Assembly (NCBI GenBank): GCA_044222475.1 | Contig: JBGANF010000131.1 | Coordinates: forward strand, 1 to 21,910 | Direction of reading: 5' to 3' | Source of the DNA: Polyangiaceae bacterium | GTDB taxonomy: Bacteria; Myxococcota_A; Polyangia; Polyangiales; Polyangiaceae | Length of the DNA: 21,910 nt | Part shown: positions 1 through 9,364 of the stretch, piece by piece | Layout: each line of letters begins with the position of its first letter | How positions within the stretch are numbered: the first letter of the stretch is position 1 | The notes under the pieces: model-generated | The model's input: only the letters and a program-made list of their open reading frames with translations | The model's database searches: none | What the model was told of the DNA's origin: nothing | Position numbers and translations under genes: made by a program

Positions 1-336
1 GAGGCGTGCCTCGCCACGCTGCGCGCCGGCATGTCGATCATGATGTTCCCCGAAGGAACGCGATCGAAGGACGGGAACCTGCTGCCGTTCAAGGACGGCG
101 CGTTCGACCTCGCGATCCGCGCTCAGGTCCCGGTGCTCCCGCTCGCGCTCACCGGAACGCGCGACTGCATGAGGAAGGGCGCGCTCGCCCTGGGTCGCGC
201 GCGAGCGAAGGTGCGCATCCTGGAGCCGATCGAGACCACCGGAATGACCAAGGACGATGTGGGCGCGCTGCGTGATCGAGCGCGGGCGGCGATCACGAAA
301 GGTGTCGAGTCGCTGCGGAATGGCGCCCCGGACTGA
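1..336 (+). CDS. plsC: 1-acyl-sn-glycerol-3-phosphate (lysophospholipid) acyltransferase, 3' part (5' end outside window)
   Basis: Frame +1 is open from base 1 (EACLATLRAGMSIMMFPEGTRS...). It has the FPEGTRS motif followed by LLPFKDGAF..AI.AQVPVLP, typical of the PlsC family. Stop TGA at 334-336. Confidence 0.88.
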   Translation, partial: EACLATLRAGMSIMMFPEGTRSKDGNLLPFKDGAFDLAIRAQVPVLPLALTGTRDCMRKGALALGRARAKVRILEPIETTGMTKDDVGALRDRARAAITKGVESLRNGAPD

Positions 337-455
337 AGTCCTCTTCGCTGACGCGCCGCGGCGGTCGATTTCGTTTCCTATGCTGGACTGATGTCCGATA
401 TGACGAAGCCCGCATACACGCCTACCGATTGGTAGACGAGTGGAAGGAGCGATAA

Positions 456-2393
456 ATGAAGCTCTGCGCGTTGGCCGTCGACGTCATCCGTTGCGGTGCC
501 ATGGCCCTCGTCTTCGCGGTCGCGTCGGGCTCGTGCTCGAGCGGACCCGAACCGCTCGGCGAGCCCGTCGCCGTCCCGGAGGGTTGCGATCCGATCGTGC
601 CGGAGCACTGCGGGTTTCCATTCCCCAACGACCTGTGGCGCGGGAGTGACGGACACCTCGCCTTCGGTGCCCACACGTTGCCGCCGCCCAACCTAGGGAA
701 GCCGATCGATCCGGCCCGGTTCGCGTGGCGTGACGGGTTCTCGCCAGGTGCCGAGGCGATGACCTACCTCGTGGGCGCGACGGCCACGGGGCTCCCCGAT
801 GAAAACCACATCGCAGATTCGGTTCGCCCCACTTCGCCGACGATCTTGATGGACGCGGCGACGGGCGAGCTCGTCCCTCACTTCTCCGAGGTCGATACCG
901 GGACGTTTCCGGAAGACGAGCGCGCCCTCATGATTCACCCGGTGACGCGACTGAAAGATTCGACGCGCTACATCGTGGCCATTCGGAGGGTCGTCGACGC
1001 CACCGGCAACGTCATCACGCCCAGCGTCGCCTTCCGCGCCCTGCGTGATCGCAGCACGACGCACGATGCAGTGCTCGAAGCGAGACGAAGCCATTTCGAG
1101 GACGTGTTCTCGAAGCTCTCCGCGGCAGGCATCGACCGAAGCACACTCCAACTCGCGTGGGACTACACGACCGCGAGCCGCGAGAACACCACCGGGGACC
1201 TCATCGCCATGCGCGATGATGCCCTCGCCCAAGTCGGTCCGCTCGGGCCGACCTACACGATCGACAAGGTCGAGATCGCGCCGAACCCTCACCTCGCCAA
1301 GCGCCTCCGCGGCAAGATGACCGTTCCGCTCTATCTGAATCGCCCCGATGCCGCCGACGACGTGAGCATCATGCGTGGCAGTGACGGCAAACCGACGCGA
1401 AACGGAACGGCCGAGTATGGCTTCGTCGTGCTCGTTCCCAACAGTGCCACCCCGACCTCGCCGGCGGCGATTCTCCAGAACGGCCATGGCTTGCTCGGCG
1501 GCATGAGCGAAGGGATCAACGGGTACTTCGCCGAGATGTGCGACCTCTACGACTACGTCGGAATCGCGGTCGACTGGGTCGGCATGGCTCACGAAGACAA
1601 CCAAATCGTGGTCAACGCGATGTTGAACGACGTCGACATCTTTCAGCACGTCGTCGATCGACAGCATCAAGGCTTCGTCAACGCCCTGCTCGCCATGCGC
1701 ATGATGATCGGTCGGATGAAAGACGACCCGAACCTGCAGGTGGGCGGGCAGACCATCCTCGATCCGACGCACGCCTACTATCGCGGGGACAGCCAGGGCG
1801 GGATCTTCGGTGCGACGTACATGGCGATCTCGACGGACGTCACCCGCGGACTGCTCGGCGAGCCGGGTGCACCCTACAACCTTCTCCTCGATCGAAGCGT
1901 CGACTTCGGCGGCTTCAAGCTGCTCCTTCGAGGCGCGTTCCCGAGCACCCTCGACATGAGACTCATGCAGGGTTTGTTTCAGCTCACGTGGGACCGTACC
2001 GAGCCGAATGGATACGTGTCGTACCTCGCGACGAACATGCTCCCGAACACTCCAGCCCATCGCGTGCTCTTGCACGTTGCGATCGGCGACCACCAAGTGA
2101 CGCCGCTCGGCGCCCACTTCCTCGCTCGCTCGATCGGGGCGAAGAACCTCGCCCCGGTCAACCGCGAGGTCTGGGGAATTCCAGACGCCAGCGGACCAGT
2201 GACCGAAGGCTCGGTCATGGTGGAGTTCGACTTCGGGCTACCGCCAGCGCCGACGACGAACACTCCCATGGCGGCGGGCGATGATCCACACGACTCGGTA
2301 CGCGTTCTGGGGCCCGCGATGGAGCAGACGAACGAGTTCTTTCGCAAGGGCATCGTCACGCCGCGCTGCGATGGTCCCTGCAATCCGAAGTGA
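456..2393 (+). CDS. secreted/lipoprotein alpha/beta-hydrolase (lipase-like) with N-terminal beta-rich domain
   Basis: 645-aa ORF with coding-like GC3. It has a hydrophobic N-terminus ending ASGSC (possible lipobox), a PFPND motif, an oxyanion-like GHGLLG, a nucleophile elbow G-D-S-Q-G-G, and candidate acid/His in GDHQV and DDPHD. The start is uncertain (ATG 456 or ATG 501). Confidence 0.7.
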   Translation: MKLCALAVDVIRCGAMALVFAVASGSCSSGPEPLGEPVAVPEGCDPIVPEHCGFPFPNDLWRGSDGHLAFGAHTLPPPNLGKPIDPARFAWRDGFSPGAEAMTYLVGATATGLPDENHIADSVRPTSPTILMDAATGELVPHFSEVDTGTFPEDERALMIHPVTRLKDSTRYIVAIRRVVDATGNVITPSVAFRALRDRSTTHDAVLEARRSHFEDVFSKLSAAGIDRSTLQLAWDYTTASRENTTGDLIAMRDDALAQVGPLGPTYTIDKVEIAPNPHLAKRLRGKMTVPLYLNRPDAADDVSIMRGSDGKPTRNGTAEYGFVVLVPNSATPTSPAAILQNGHGLLGGMSEGINGYFAEMCDLYDYVGIAVDWVGMAHEDNQIVVNAMLNDVDIFQHVVDRQHQGFVNALLAMRMMIGRMKDDPNLQVGGQTILDPTHAYYRGDSQGGIFGATYMAISTDVTRGLLGEPGAPYNLLLDRSVDFGGFKLLLRGAFPSTLDMRLMQGLFQLTWDRTEPNGYVSYLATNMLPNTPAHRVLLHVAIGDHQVTPLGAHFLARSIGAKNLAPVNREVWGIPDASGPVTEGSVMVEFDFGLPPAPTTNTPMAAGDDPHDSVRVLGPAMEQTNEFFRKGIVTPRCDGPCNPK

Positions 2394-2396
2394 ACG

Positions 2397-3791
2397 CTAC
2401 TTCTTCGCGTCCTTCGCGGCCTTCATTCGGGCGCGGAGCTTGCTCGCGTAGCCTTCCTTGTTCTCCTGCTTCACGCGCGAGATCGCCAGCGCGTCCTGCG
2501 GGACGTCGCGCGTGACCGTCGTCCCGGTCGCCACGTAGGCGCCGCGACCGATCGTGACCGGTGCGACGAGCTGCGAGTCGCTCCCGATGAACGCGTCCTC
2601 TTCGATCGTGGTCGTGTGCTTCGCGAAGCCGTCGTAGTTGCAGAAGATCGTCCCGGCGCCGACGTTGACGCGCTCGCCGACGATGCCGTCGCCGAGGTAC
2701 GCGAGGTGGTTCGCCTTGCTGCCCTTCGCCATGCGCGTCTTCTTCGTCTCGACGAAATTGCCGACGTGCACCTCGTCGCCGAGATCGCTCTCGGGGCGCA
2801 CGTGCGCGAACGGACCGACTTGCGCGCGTTGTCCCACTTTGGAGCGATCGATCACCGAGTACGGCTTCACGTGAGTGCCGGCGCCGATGATCGCGTCGCT
2901 CAGGACCGCGCCGACGTCGATGATGGCGCCGGCAGCGACGGTCGTCGCGCCGCGCAGGACCGCGTTCGCCTCGATCGTCGCGTCGGCCTCGAGCACGACC
3001 GAGTCGTCGATGCGCGCGCCGGCGCGGATCGTGACGCCCTCGCGCCTCCACTTGCCGAGGATGCGCCGCTGGAGCAACTCGTCCGCTTCGGCGAGCTGGG
3101 CGCGATCGTTGATGCCGACGAGGACCTCGCCCCGCGAGTCGACGGTCTCGATCGCGATGCCCTTCGCGCGCGCGGCCGCCACGACGTCGGTGAGGTAGAG
3201 CTCGCCCTGGGCGTTGATCGGCCGGAGGCCCGCGAGCGCCTCGGCGAAGAACGCGCGCGACGACGCGAAGATGCCCGGGTTGATCTCGCGCACGGCGCGC
3301 TCCGCGTCGGTGCGAAGGTCCTTGTGCTCGCGGATCTCGACGACGCGACCGTCGTCCCCTCGCAGGATGCGCCCGTATCCGGTCGCGTCGGCGACGACGC
3401 ACGTCGCGAGAGCGAACGCGGCGTCCTTCGCGAGGACCGCCGCGACGTCGCTCGCCTCCAAAAGCGGCACGTCGCCGTAGAAGATCAACAAGCGCTCCGC
3501 GTCGGCCGAGACCGCCGCGAGCCCGGCGCGCGCCGCGTCCCCGGTGCCGTTCTGGGTCTCCTGGACGGCGGTGCGCACCCGGTCGCCGAAGGTCTTCGCG
3601 AGGTACGCGGTGACGTGCTCCTTGCCGTGGCCCACGACCACGACGACTTCGGTGCATCCTGCATCCAACGCGGCGCGCACCGGATAGTGCACGATCGGCC
3701 GTCCGGAGAGGGTGTGCATCACCTTCGGCAGCGCGCTCTTCATGCGAGTGCCCTTGCCCGCGGCGAGGATGATTGCCGTCGTCTTTGCCAT
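2397..3791 (-). CDS. glmU: bifunctional UDP-N-acetylglucosamine pyrophosphorylase / glucosamine-1-phosphate N-acetyltransferase
   Basis: MAKTTAIILAAGKGTRMKSALPKVMH, QNGTGDA, YGDVPL, GYGRILR, EINPGI, ELYLTD, hexapeptide repeats, GNFVETK, HLAYLGD, NVGAGTIFCNYDG. The true start is ATG 3791; the ORF-track extension to 4523 is the antisense of tesB. Confidence 0.97.
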   Translation of the reverse strand: MAKTTAIILAAGKGTRMKSALPKVMHTLSGRPIVHYPVRAALDAGCTEVVVVVGHGKEHVTAYLAKTFGDRVRTAVQETQNGTGDAARAGLAAVSADAERLLIFYGDVPLLEASDVAAVLAKDAAFALATCVVADATGYGRILRGDDGRVVEIREHKDLRTDAERAVREINPGIFASSRAFFAEALAGLRPINAQGELYLTDVVAAARAKGIAIETVDSRGEVLVGINDRAQLAEADELLQRRILGKWRREGVTIRAGARIDDSVVLEADATIEANAVLRGATTVAAGAIIDVGAVLSDAIIGAGTHVKPYSVIDRSKVGQRAQVGPFAHVRPESDLGDEVHVGNFVETKKTRMAKGSKANHLAYLGDGIVGERVNVGAGTIFCNYDGFAKHTTTIEEDAFIGSDSQLVAPVTIGRGAYVATGTTVTRDVPQDALAISRVKQENKEGYASKLRARMKAAKDAKK

Positions 3792-3854
3792 GCGCGCACT
3801 TTCGCGCCGAGACGGAGCTTGCGCAAGGACGCGGGTTGGGAAAAGCTGCGCTCC

Positions 3855-4655
3855 GTGTCCGTCCTCGACGAGCTGATCACCCTCCTCGCCCTCGAACGCC
3901 TCGAGAACAACTTGTTCCGCGGGCAGAGCCAAGATCTGGGCTGGGGGACCGTCTACGGCGGCCAAGTCATGGGGCAAGCGCTGGCCGCGGCCGCCCGCAC
4001 CGTGCCCGAGGGCCGCTTCGTCCACTCGCTCCACGCGTACTTTCTCCGCCCCGGCGGGGTGAAGCAACCCATCGTGTACGACGTCGACCGCATCCGGGAC
4101 GGCGGCTCGTTCACGACCCGCCGTGTGGTCGCGATCCAGAACGGCGAAGCGATCTTCAACATGGCGTGCTCGTTCCAGGTCGACGAGGGAGGCTTCGAGC
4201 ACCACGACGGCATGCCGGCCGACGTGCCGCCGCCCGAGTCGATCGCGAAGGTCTCCGAGTCCGAGCGCCCGTTCGACGTGCGCCGCGTCGACGCCGAGGG
4301 CGGGAAGCCGTCGCGCTACGTGTGGCTCCGCGCCAAGGGCCGGGTCGAGGGTGATCGCGCGCTGCACGCGTGCCTCCTCGCGTACGTGTCGGACTACTCG
4401 TTCGTGACGACGTCGCTCCTTCCGCACAACGTCACCTGGCAGACGCCGGGGATGCACGTCGCGAGCCTCGATCACGTGATGTGGTTTCACCGGCCCATCC
4501 GCGTCGACGACTGGCTGCTGCACGCGATCGACAGCCCGTCGTCCGGCGGCGCGCGCGGTCTGGTGCGCGGTCGCGTCTTCACCCGCGACGGGAAGCTCGT
4601 CGCAAGCACCGCGCAGGAGGGCTTGATCCGAATGCGACCGCCGAAGGGAACATAG
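3855..4655 (+). CDS. tesB: acyl-CoA thioesterase II (TesB family)
   Basis: From GTG 3855: LERLENNLFRG, VYGGQVMGQAL, VHSLHAYFLRPG, RIRDGGSFTTRRV.AIQ, LAYVSD, ASLDHVMWFHRP, ASTAQEGLIR. 266 aa. Confidence 0.93.
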   Translation: MSVLDELITLLALERLENNLFRGQSQDLGWGTVYGGQVMGQALAAAARTVPEGRFVHSLHAYFLRPGGVKQPIVYDVDRIRDGGSFTTRRVVAIQNGEAIFNMACSFQVDEGGFEHHDGMPADVPPPESIAKVSESERPFDVRRVDAEGGKPSRYVWLRAKGRVEGDRALHACLLAYVSDYSFVTTSLLPHNVTWQTPGMHVASLDHVMWFHRPIRVDDWLLHAIDSPSSGGARGLVRGRVFTRDGKLVASTAQEGLIRMRPPKGT

Positions 4656-4657
4656 GA

Positions 4658-5884
4658 ATGGCTCACGCAGAGGACGTCGTCGTCACCGGGACCGGAGTGT
4701 GCTGCAACCTCGGAGACGAGCTGCCTTCCATCCTGGAGCAGATCCGCACCGGAGCGCCGAAGGCGTCGTTCGAGAAATGGGCGCCCGCGGTCGAGAACGA
4801 CGCGCGCTGCCAGATCATCGGGATCTACAAAGGCGACCTGTCCGATGCGGCGCTGAACGTCCCCAAGTCGGAGGGGCGCTTCATGGGTCGCGGCGCGCGC
4901 ATCGCGCTGCGAGCGGCGCGGAACGCGATCGCCGAGGCGGAGATCGATCCGAGGCACCTCGCGGTCGTCGTCGGCAGCGGAACCGGCGACGTGGAGACCG
5001 TCGTCGAGATCGAGCGCAAGCTCGCGAAGACCAAGCAGACGCTGAAGATCTCGCCGGCCGTCGTGCCGCGCCTGATGGCGTCGACCGTGTCGGCGAACCT
5101 CGTGAACGTCCTTCGCACGACGGGGCCGTCGTTCTCGGCGACCGCGGCATGCGCGGGCGGCGCGTACAACGTGCTCCTCGCGGCGCAGCTCATCCAGTCG
5201 GGGCACGCGAAAGCCGCGCTCGCCGGCGGGTGCGAGGTGCAGGACATCATCTTCTACTCCGGCTTCGACTCGATGCGCGCCTACAACGGCGGCGACAACG
5301 ACACCCCTCACCGCGCGAGCCGGCCCTACGCCGCGGATCGTGGCGGGTTCATCTTCGCCGAAGGCGCGGGCATCGTGATCCTCGAGAAGCGCAGCGACGC
5401 CGAAGCGCGCGGCGCGAAGATCCTCGGCACCATCATCGGCTTCGGCATGTCGAGCGATGGCGAGGGCAACATGGTCGCGCCCGCGAGCGACGGCGCGCTG
5501 GCCGCGATGGAGCAGGCGATCGCGAAGGCGAAGGTCGCCAAGGACGAGATCGACTACGTGAACACCCACGGCACGTCGACGCCGCTGGGAGACCTCGGCG
5601 AGGTGAAGGCGATCCAGCGCTGCCTGGGGAGGCACGTCGCGTACTCGTCGACGAAGGCGTACACCGGTCACACGGTGAGCGCGGCGGGGACGATCGAGGC
5701 GATCTTCACGATGGCGATGCTGCGCGAAGGTTGGATCGCGCCGGCGCTTCATGCGAGCCCCGTCGATCCGGAGATCGCGGACTACCCGCCGACGCTGGTG
5801 CCGACGAAGGCGAAGCTGCGCTACGCGATGTCGAACTCGTTCGGCTTCGGAGGAACGAACGTCACCCTCGTGCTCGGCGCTTGA
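4658..5884 (+). CDS. beta-ketoacyl-[ACP] synthase (FabB/FabF family, FabB-like)
   Basis: ATG 4658 lies 2 nt after the tesB stop. Motifs: VVVTGTG, catalytic Cys in TAACAG, HRASRPY..DRGGF, EGAG, NTHGTSTPLGD, SSTK..TGH, MSNSFGFGGTN. 408 aa. Confidence 0.92.
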   Translation: MAHAEDVVVTGTGVCCNLGDELPSILEQIRTGAPKASFEKWAPAVENDARCQIIGIYKGDLSDAALNVPKSEGRFMGRGARIALRAARNAIAEAEIDPRHLAVVVGSGTGDVETVVEIERKLAKTKQTLKISPAVVPRLMASTVSANLVNVLRTTGPSFSATAACAGGAYNVLLAAQLIQSGHAKAALAGGCEVQDIIFYSGFDSMRAYNGGDNDTPHRASRPYAADRGGFIFAEGAGIVILEKRSDAEARGAKILGTIIGFGMSSDGEGNMVAPASDGALAAMEQAIAKAKVAKDEIDYVNTHGTSTPLGDLGEVKAIQRCLGRHVAYSSTKAYTGHTVSAAGTIEAIFTMAMLREGWIAPALHASPVDPEIADYPPTLVPTKAKLRYAMSNSFGFGGTNVTLVLGA

Positions 5885-6813
5885 GTCACGAGCTGAGCTA
5901 CTGCCCGCTGGGCGGCTATCTAGTCCGCGGCGATCTTCCGAACGAACCGGTCGACCACGACGTCGAGGGTCTGTCGAGGTTGGGGTGCAACCGGCTGCGT
6001 TGCGGCCAATGCCACGAGAGCGTGCGCAGCGTTTTCACGGGCGGAGTGCGGCAGTACGAGTGTCGATGCAGCCATTGGACGCAGCAGTGCGCCGAGTCAC
6101 CGCTCGACGACCCCGAGCCGGATCAACGGACGCCGAGCGTCCCCTGGCGCTGCGAAGGGCATCCTCGCGCCGAGCTGCCCATGATGCTGGACGGCGTGGA
6201 GGTCACCGCGGCCAACCTCACCGAGCTGATCACCCGCTCGCTGCACGGGTGGACTCCGCCCGGCGCGCACCCGGAGGCCAAGCTGGGCGCGTATTGGGCG
6301 GCGAGGATGTACGTTCGTTTCGAGAAGACGGTGCACGCGGACGTCGTCGTTCGCGCAGCGGTCGCCGGCTTGGACGCCCCCGACCCTCTGGCGCGCGCGC
6401 GCGCGCAACACTTCTTCTACTTGGTACCGCTTCCCGTCGGAGCGGAGCGCGCGCTCGAGCTGCTCCAGGGTGAGCGCGCTCTGTTCGCCGGCGTGCCCTA
6501 CCGAATCGAGGGCATCGCCGGGGACGACACGCTCGAAGACGGGCTGTGGCACCTCGCTGCGCCGCTGGTCGCCGAGGCCGGCGCTGCACGCGATCTCGCT
6601 CGCAGCAGGGCCCTCGCCCCGGGCAGGCCGTCGCGAGGGATCTACCACGCGCTCGCCCGCGGCGACGCGGAGTGGCTCGCCGCCCACCTCGAGGACGTCG
6701 CGCGCGCCAACCCGGACCACGTCGAGTCGCTCGCCTTCGCGATTCGCGTTCGCTTCGGGCGTGTCCGCGCGGCGCCATTGCTCGAACGGCTGAGCGCGCA
6801 TCGAAGAGCATGA
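5881..6813 (+). CDS. hypothetical protein with Cys-rich N-terminal domain and helical C-terminal part
   Basis: TTG 5881 overlaps the ketosynthase stop (TTGA). From here the frame reads as protein-like (SHELSYCPLGGYLVRG...GCNRLRCGQC...CRC...WRCEGHP...). The upstream part of ORF 4699..6813 is an off-frame shadow of the ketosynthase. Confidence 0.7.
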   Translation: MSHELSYCPLGGYLVRGDLPNEPVDHDVEGLSRLGCNRLRCGQCHESVRSVFTGGVRQYECRCSHWTQQCAESPLDDPEPDQRTPSVPWRCEGHPRAELPMMLDGVEVTAANLTELITRSLHGWTPPGAHPEAKLGAYWAARMYVRFEKTVHADVVVRAAVAGLDAPDPLARARAQHFFYLVPLPVGAERALELLQGERALFAGVPYRIEGIAGDDTLEDGLWHLAAPLVAEAGAARDLARSRALAPGRPSRGIYHALARGDAEWLAAHLEDVARANPDHVESLAFAIRVRFGRVRAAPLLERLSAHRRA

Positions 6814-6832
6814 ACGCGGTCGTCGGAAGCGC

Positions 6833-7426
6833 TCATCGACACGCCTCGGCGATCGCTTCGGCGATCTTCCGGCCCCCGCTACCCGAGGGCTCGATGGGAT
6901 TCGCGAAGTCGCTCGGCTCGTTGCAGATCTCACGCAAGTCGATCACGCGCGCGTTCACGCGCCTCGCCGAGCGGACGATGACGTCGTTCCACATCATGAG
7001 CGCCACTCGGGCGCGCCGCGCTTCGTGGGGCGCGAGGTTGCCGTCGTAGATCGTACAAACGACGAGCTCACGGCCGAGGCCGCTCAGCGCTTCGAGGGCA
7101 CGGCGGTGGTTGATCGCGAACTCGTCCGTCGCGGCACCAAAGAGATCGAGGGCTTCGCCCGTCGAGCGAACGGGCGTGTCGAGCAGACCCGCACATAGGA
7201 GCGCGTCGTTGCCGCCGATCGAGACCACGAGGTGCGTCGCATCGCTGGGACACCCGTCGAGCTGCGGCCCGAGGTCGAGCGTCGTCGAGCCGTCGACCGC
7301 GAGAAGCGTGACCTCGTCTCCGGCGCCCACGATCCGGCGAAGGTGATTGGCCACGTCGGGCTCGCGGCCCGTGTAGCGGGCGTTGTCGATCGACGAGTCA
7401 CCGAAGAGAGCGATGTGGCGTGGCAT
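6833..7426 (-). CDS. SGNH/GDSL hydrolase family protein
   Basis: Block I FGDSSIDN, block II AVDGS, block III SIGGND; the C-terminal block reads FANPIEPS. 197 aa. Confidence 0.85.
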   Translation of the reverse strand: MPRHIALFGDSSIDNARYTGREPDVANHLRRIVGAGDEVTLLAVDGSTTLDLGPQLDGCPSDATHLVVSIGGNDALLCAGLLDTPVRSTGEALDLFGAATDEFAINHRRALEALSGLGRELVVCTIYDGNLAPHEARRARVALMMWNDVIVRSARRVNARVIDLREICNEPSDFANPIEPSGSGGRKIAEAIAEACR

Positions 7427-7485
7427 GAAGACACCTCGACGGGGAGAGACGGGCCGCCCGCGTGGAGCTGACGGTCGTCATCGCG

Positions 7486-7824
7486 TCATGCGTAACAAGC
7501 GGTCGAACGGACGACCTTGCCGGATGCGTCGAAGATCACGGTCTCGGCCGCGCGCCGGCCGTCTTCCCCGCGGTAGAGGAGCGTGATCGAGTCGTGGCCG
7601 ACGAACGTGGCTTCGAGCTCGAACCGAAGCGCCGGCCGCCGGGCGAGGCCCTGCGTCCAGTACGCGCGCAGCGCCGGGATCCCGCGAACGACGCCGTCGC
7701 CGGTGATGGCCTTGGCCTTCGGCGAGTTGAAGACGACGTCGGCGGCGTAGTGGGCGAGGATGCGATCGAGATCGTGACTGTTCCAGTCGGCGATCCATTG
7801 GTCGGCGAAGGCCTTCGGGTCCAT
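7486..7824 (-). CDS. SnoaL-like / NTF2 family protein
   Basis: MDPKAFADQWIADWNSHDLDRILAHYAADVVFNSP...VRGIPALRAYW..GL...PALRF is the classic SnoaL_2 pattern. ATG 7824 is preferred over TTG 7830. Confidence 0.88.
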   Translation of the reverse strand: MDPKAFADQWIADWNSHDLDRILAHYAADVVFNSPKAKAITGDGVVRGIPALRAYWTQGLARRPALRFELEATFVGHDSITLLYRGEDGRRAAETVIFDASGKVVRSTACYA

Positions 7825-7878
7825 GACCAAGGGCTAGCACGCGTCGATCCGAGGACGGAGGTGATGTAGCTTCCCTGG

Positions 7879-8391
7879 ATGGGGGTCCCGACGATCGGAC
7901 GAGCGTGTCGCGCATGGGCCCTACCCCTGACTGGCCTGCTCGCAATCGCGTGCTCGTCCTCTCCCGAGGGCTACCCGATCGCCACGGCGTACTGCAACGC
8001 CTGCGGCGGAAGTGTGTATACTGCAAACGACTGCGCCGGGTGGGCGAAGCAAGCTGGGTGCCTCGAGTACGCGCTCGACGAGCCGACGCTCGACCGCTGC
8101 ACGAACGCTTGCACGTTCGCCCACTGCAAGAAGGACGTCATCTACCTCTGCGGCGGCGCTGGAAGCTGGCGCGGTTTCGCGACGTGCGACGACCAAGTCG
8201 AGGGCAAGTGGCCCACGTCGACTCGTCGTCCTCCGCCATGCAACCCATACTCGGAGATCAGCCCCAACGATGGCGCCGCCTCGTTCTTCGCGTGCCGCTG
8301 CGAAAAGGGATGCCCGTGCGACCTCGTGTGCGGGACGATCCGCGAGGCCGATCTCCCGAACGACCGCTATTGCGTGCCACCGACGCCGTGA
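7879..8391 (+). CDS. Cys-rich lipoprotein
   Basis: The signal peptide ends in LLAIA-C-SSS (lipobox), followed by 16 further cysteines. 170 aa. Confidence 0.68.
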   Translation: MGVPTIGRACRAWALPLTGLLAIACSSSPEGYPIATAYCNACGGSVYTANDCAGWAKQAGCLEYALDEPTLDRCTNACTFAHCKKDVIYLCGGAGSWRGFATCDDQVEGKWPTSTRRPPPCNPYSEISPNDGAASFFACRCEKGCPCDLVCGTIREADLPNDRYCVPPTP

Positions 8392-8428
8392 TCCGGCCTC
8401 GTTTCTTTGGCGCCCGAGATCGATGACG

Positions 8429-9289
8429 TCAAGGTCTCCACGCCGTGCAGCCTTTTCCGCATGGCTCCATGTTGGCCGTCAGCTTGAACGTCCCCGACGT
8501 GATGATCAGCGTGCCCTGGGTCTTCGCTGTTCCGTCGAGCCAGCCTAGTGGAAGGCCGCTCCCGCCTTGGAGTCCCGGAGTCAACGTCAGCGTCAGCGGA
8601 GTCGTCGCTGCGGCGGTCGCGCACGCGAAACGAACACTCGTGCGGTACGGAGGAGCGGACGGCAACCCATCGGGCACGTAGGTGCACGCGCTCGCGTCCG
8701 CGTTGCGCAGCGAGAGGAAGCTCGCCAGCGTGTTCGGATCGATGCTCACTCCTTCGGAGAACTTGATGTCGACGATGCCGGTGTCCATCGCTTCGACGCG
8801 CCGAATCACGGGCGACGAACCGACGAAGAATCGCGACGCATACGTCGTGTGGCCGTCGAGGGTGACCCCGACTTGCGGCGGGCGAACCCCCGCGGGAGTC
8901 GGATCGACGGCGAGGATGTACCAACGCGTGGGGTCGAGCGGTGTCGACGGTTCGACGTGGACCTTGGGGGGCGCGATCGACGTCGTCATCGGCACGACTT
9001 GGAGCTCGGGGTACGTTCGCAGCGACGTCGCCGACGCGATCGCCTGGAGGAGCGCGATGGACGCGACGCCATCACGCGTCGTCACGGACAACGGCGTGAA
9101 CGAGATGTCACTGAGGAGCTCGCCGGGCTCGACGAACATGCCGAGCCCGCCATCGGTGTTCGATGAACCGGAGTCGAGCGACCCGCCTGACTCCGCTGGC
9201 CCCGCATCGTCCGTAGGCGCTCCCGCCAATGCTCCGTTGCACCCCGCGACGAGACTCCCCACGGCGACCCATGCACCCCAGCGGATCAT
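8429..9289 (-). CDS. putative lipoprotein, beta-rich (possibly Ig-like modules)
   Basis: MIRWGAWVAVGSLVAG-C lipobox, then a D/A/G/S-rich linker (DDAGPAESGGSLDSG) typical of myxobacterial lipoproteins, then beta-strand-like segments (VEPSTPLDPTRWYIL, VDIKFSEGV). ATG 9289 is preferred over TTG 9316. Confidence 0.68.
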   Translation of the reverse strand: MIRWGAWVAVGSLVAGCNGALAGAPTDDAGPAESGGSLDSGSSNTDGGLGMFVEPGELLSDISFTPLSVTTRDGVASIALLQAIASATSLRTYPELQVVPMTTSIAPPKVHVEPSTPLDPTRWYILAVDPTPAGVRPPQVGVTLDGHTTYASRFFVGSSPVIRRVEAMDTGIVDIKFSEGVSIDPNTLASFLSLRNADASACTYVPDGLPSAPPYRTSVRFACATAAATTPLTLTLTPGLQGGSGLPLGWLDGTAKTQGTLIITSGTFKLTANMEPCGKGCTAWRP

Positions 9290-9341
9290 GGAGACATCGT
9301 CCCACGGATCCGCCAAGAATCCCGCCCTATCCGTGACCCGA

Positions 9342-9364
9342 GTAGGGCGGTCGCAACTCCGTCA
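9342..9364 (+). repeat. hairpin copy 1 (GTAG-GGCGG-loop-CCGTC), REP/IP-like
   Basis: A GTAG tetranucleotide precedes a GGCGG/CCGTC stem with an 8-nt loop. The stem overlaps the transposase stop codon (9362-9364). Confidence 0.6.

Noticed and set aside
350..380. Possible intrinsic terminator after plsC
   Set aside because: The stem is short with almost no loop, and the T-tract is interrupted.
2616..3854. Long N-terminal extension of the tesB ORF (679 aa), and the matching extension of glmU to 4523
   Set aside because: Each extension is the stop-free antisense shadow of the other, divergent gene. Family motifs begin at 3855 and 3791.
4699..5880. Apparent 704-aa ORF overlapping the ketosynthase
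   Set aside because: This part is Arg-rich off-frame text; only 5881-6813 is protein-like.
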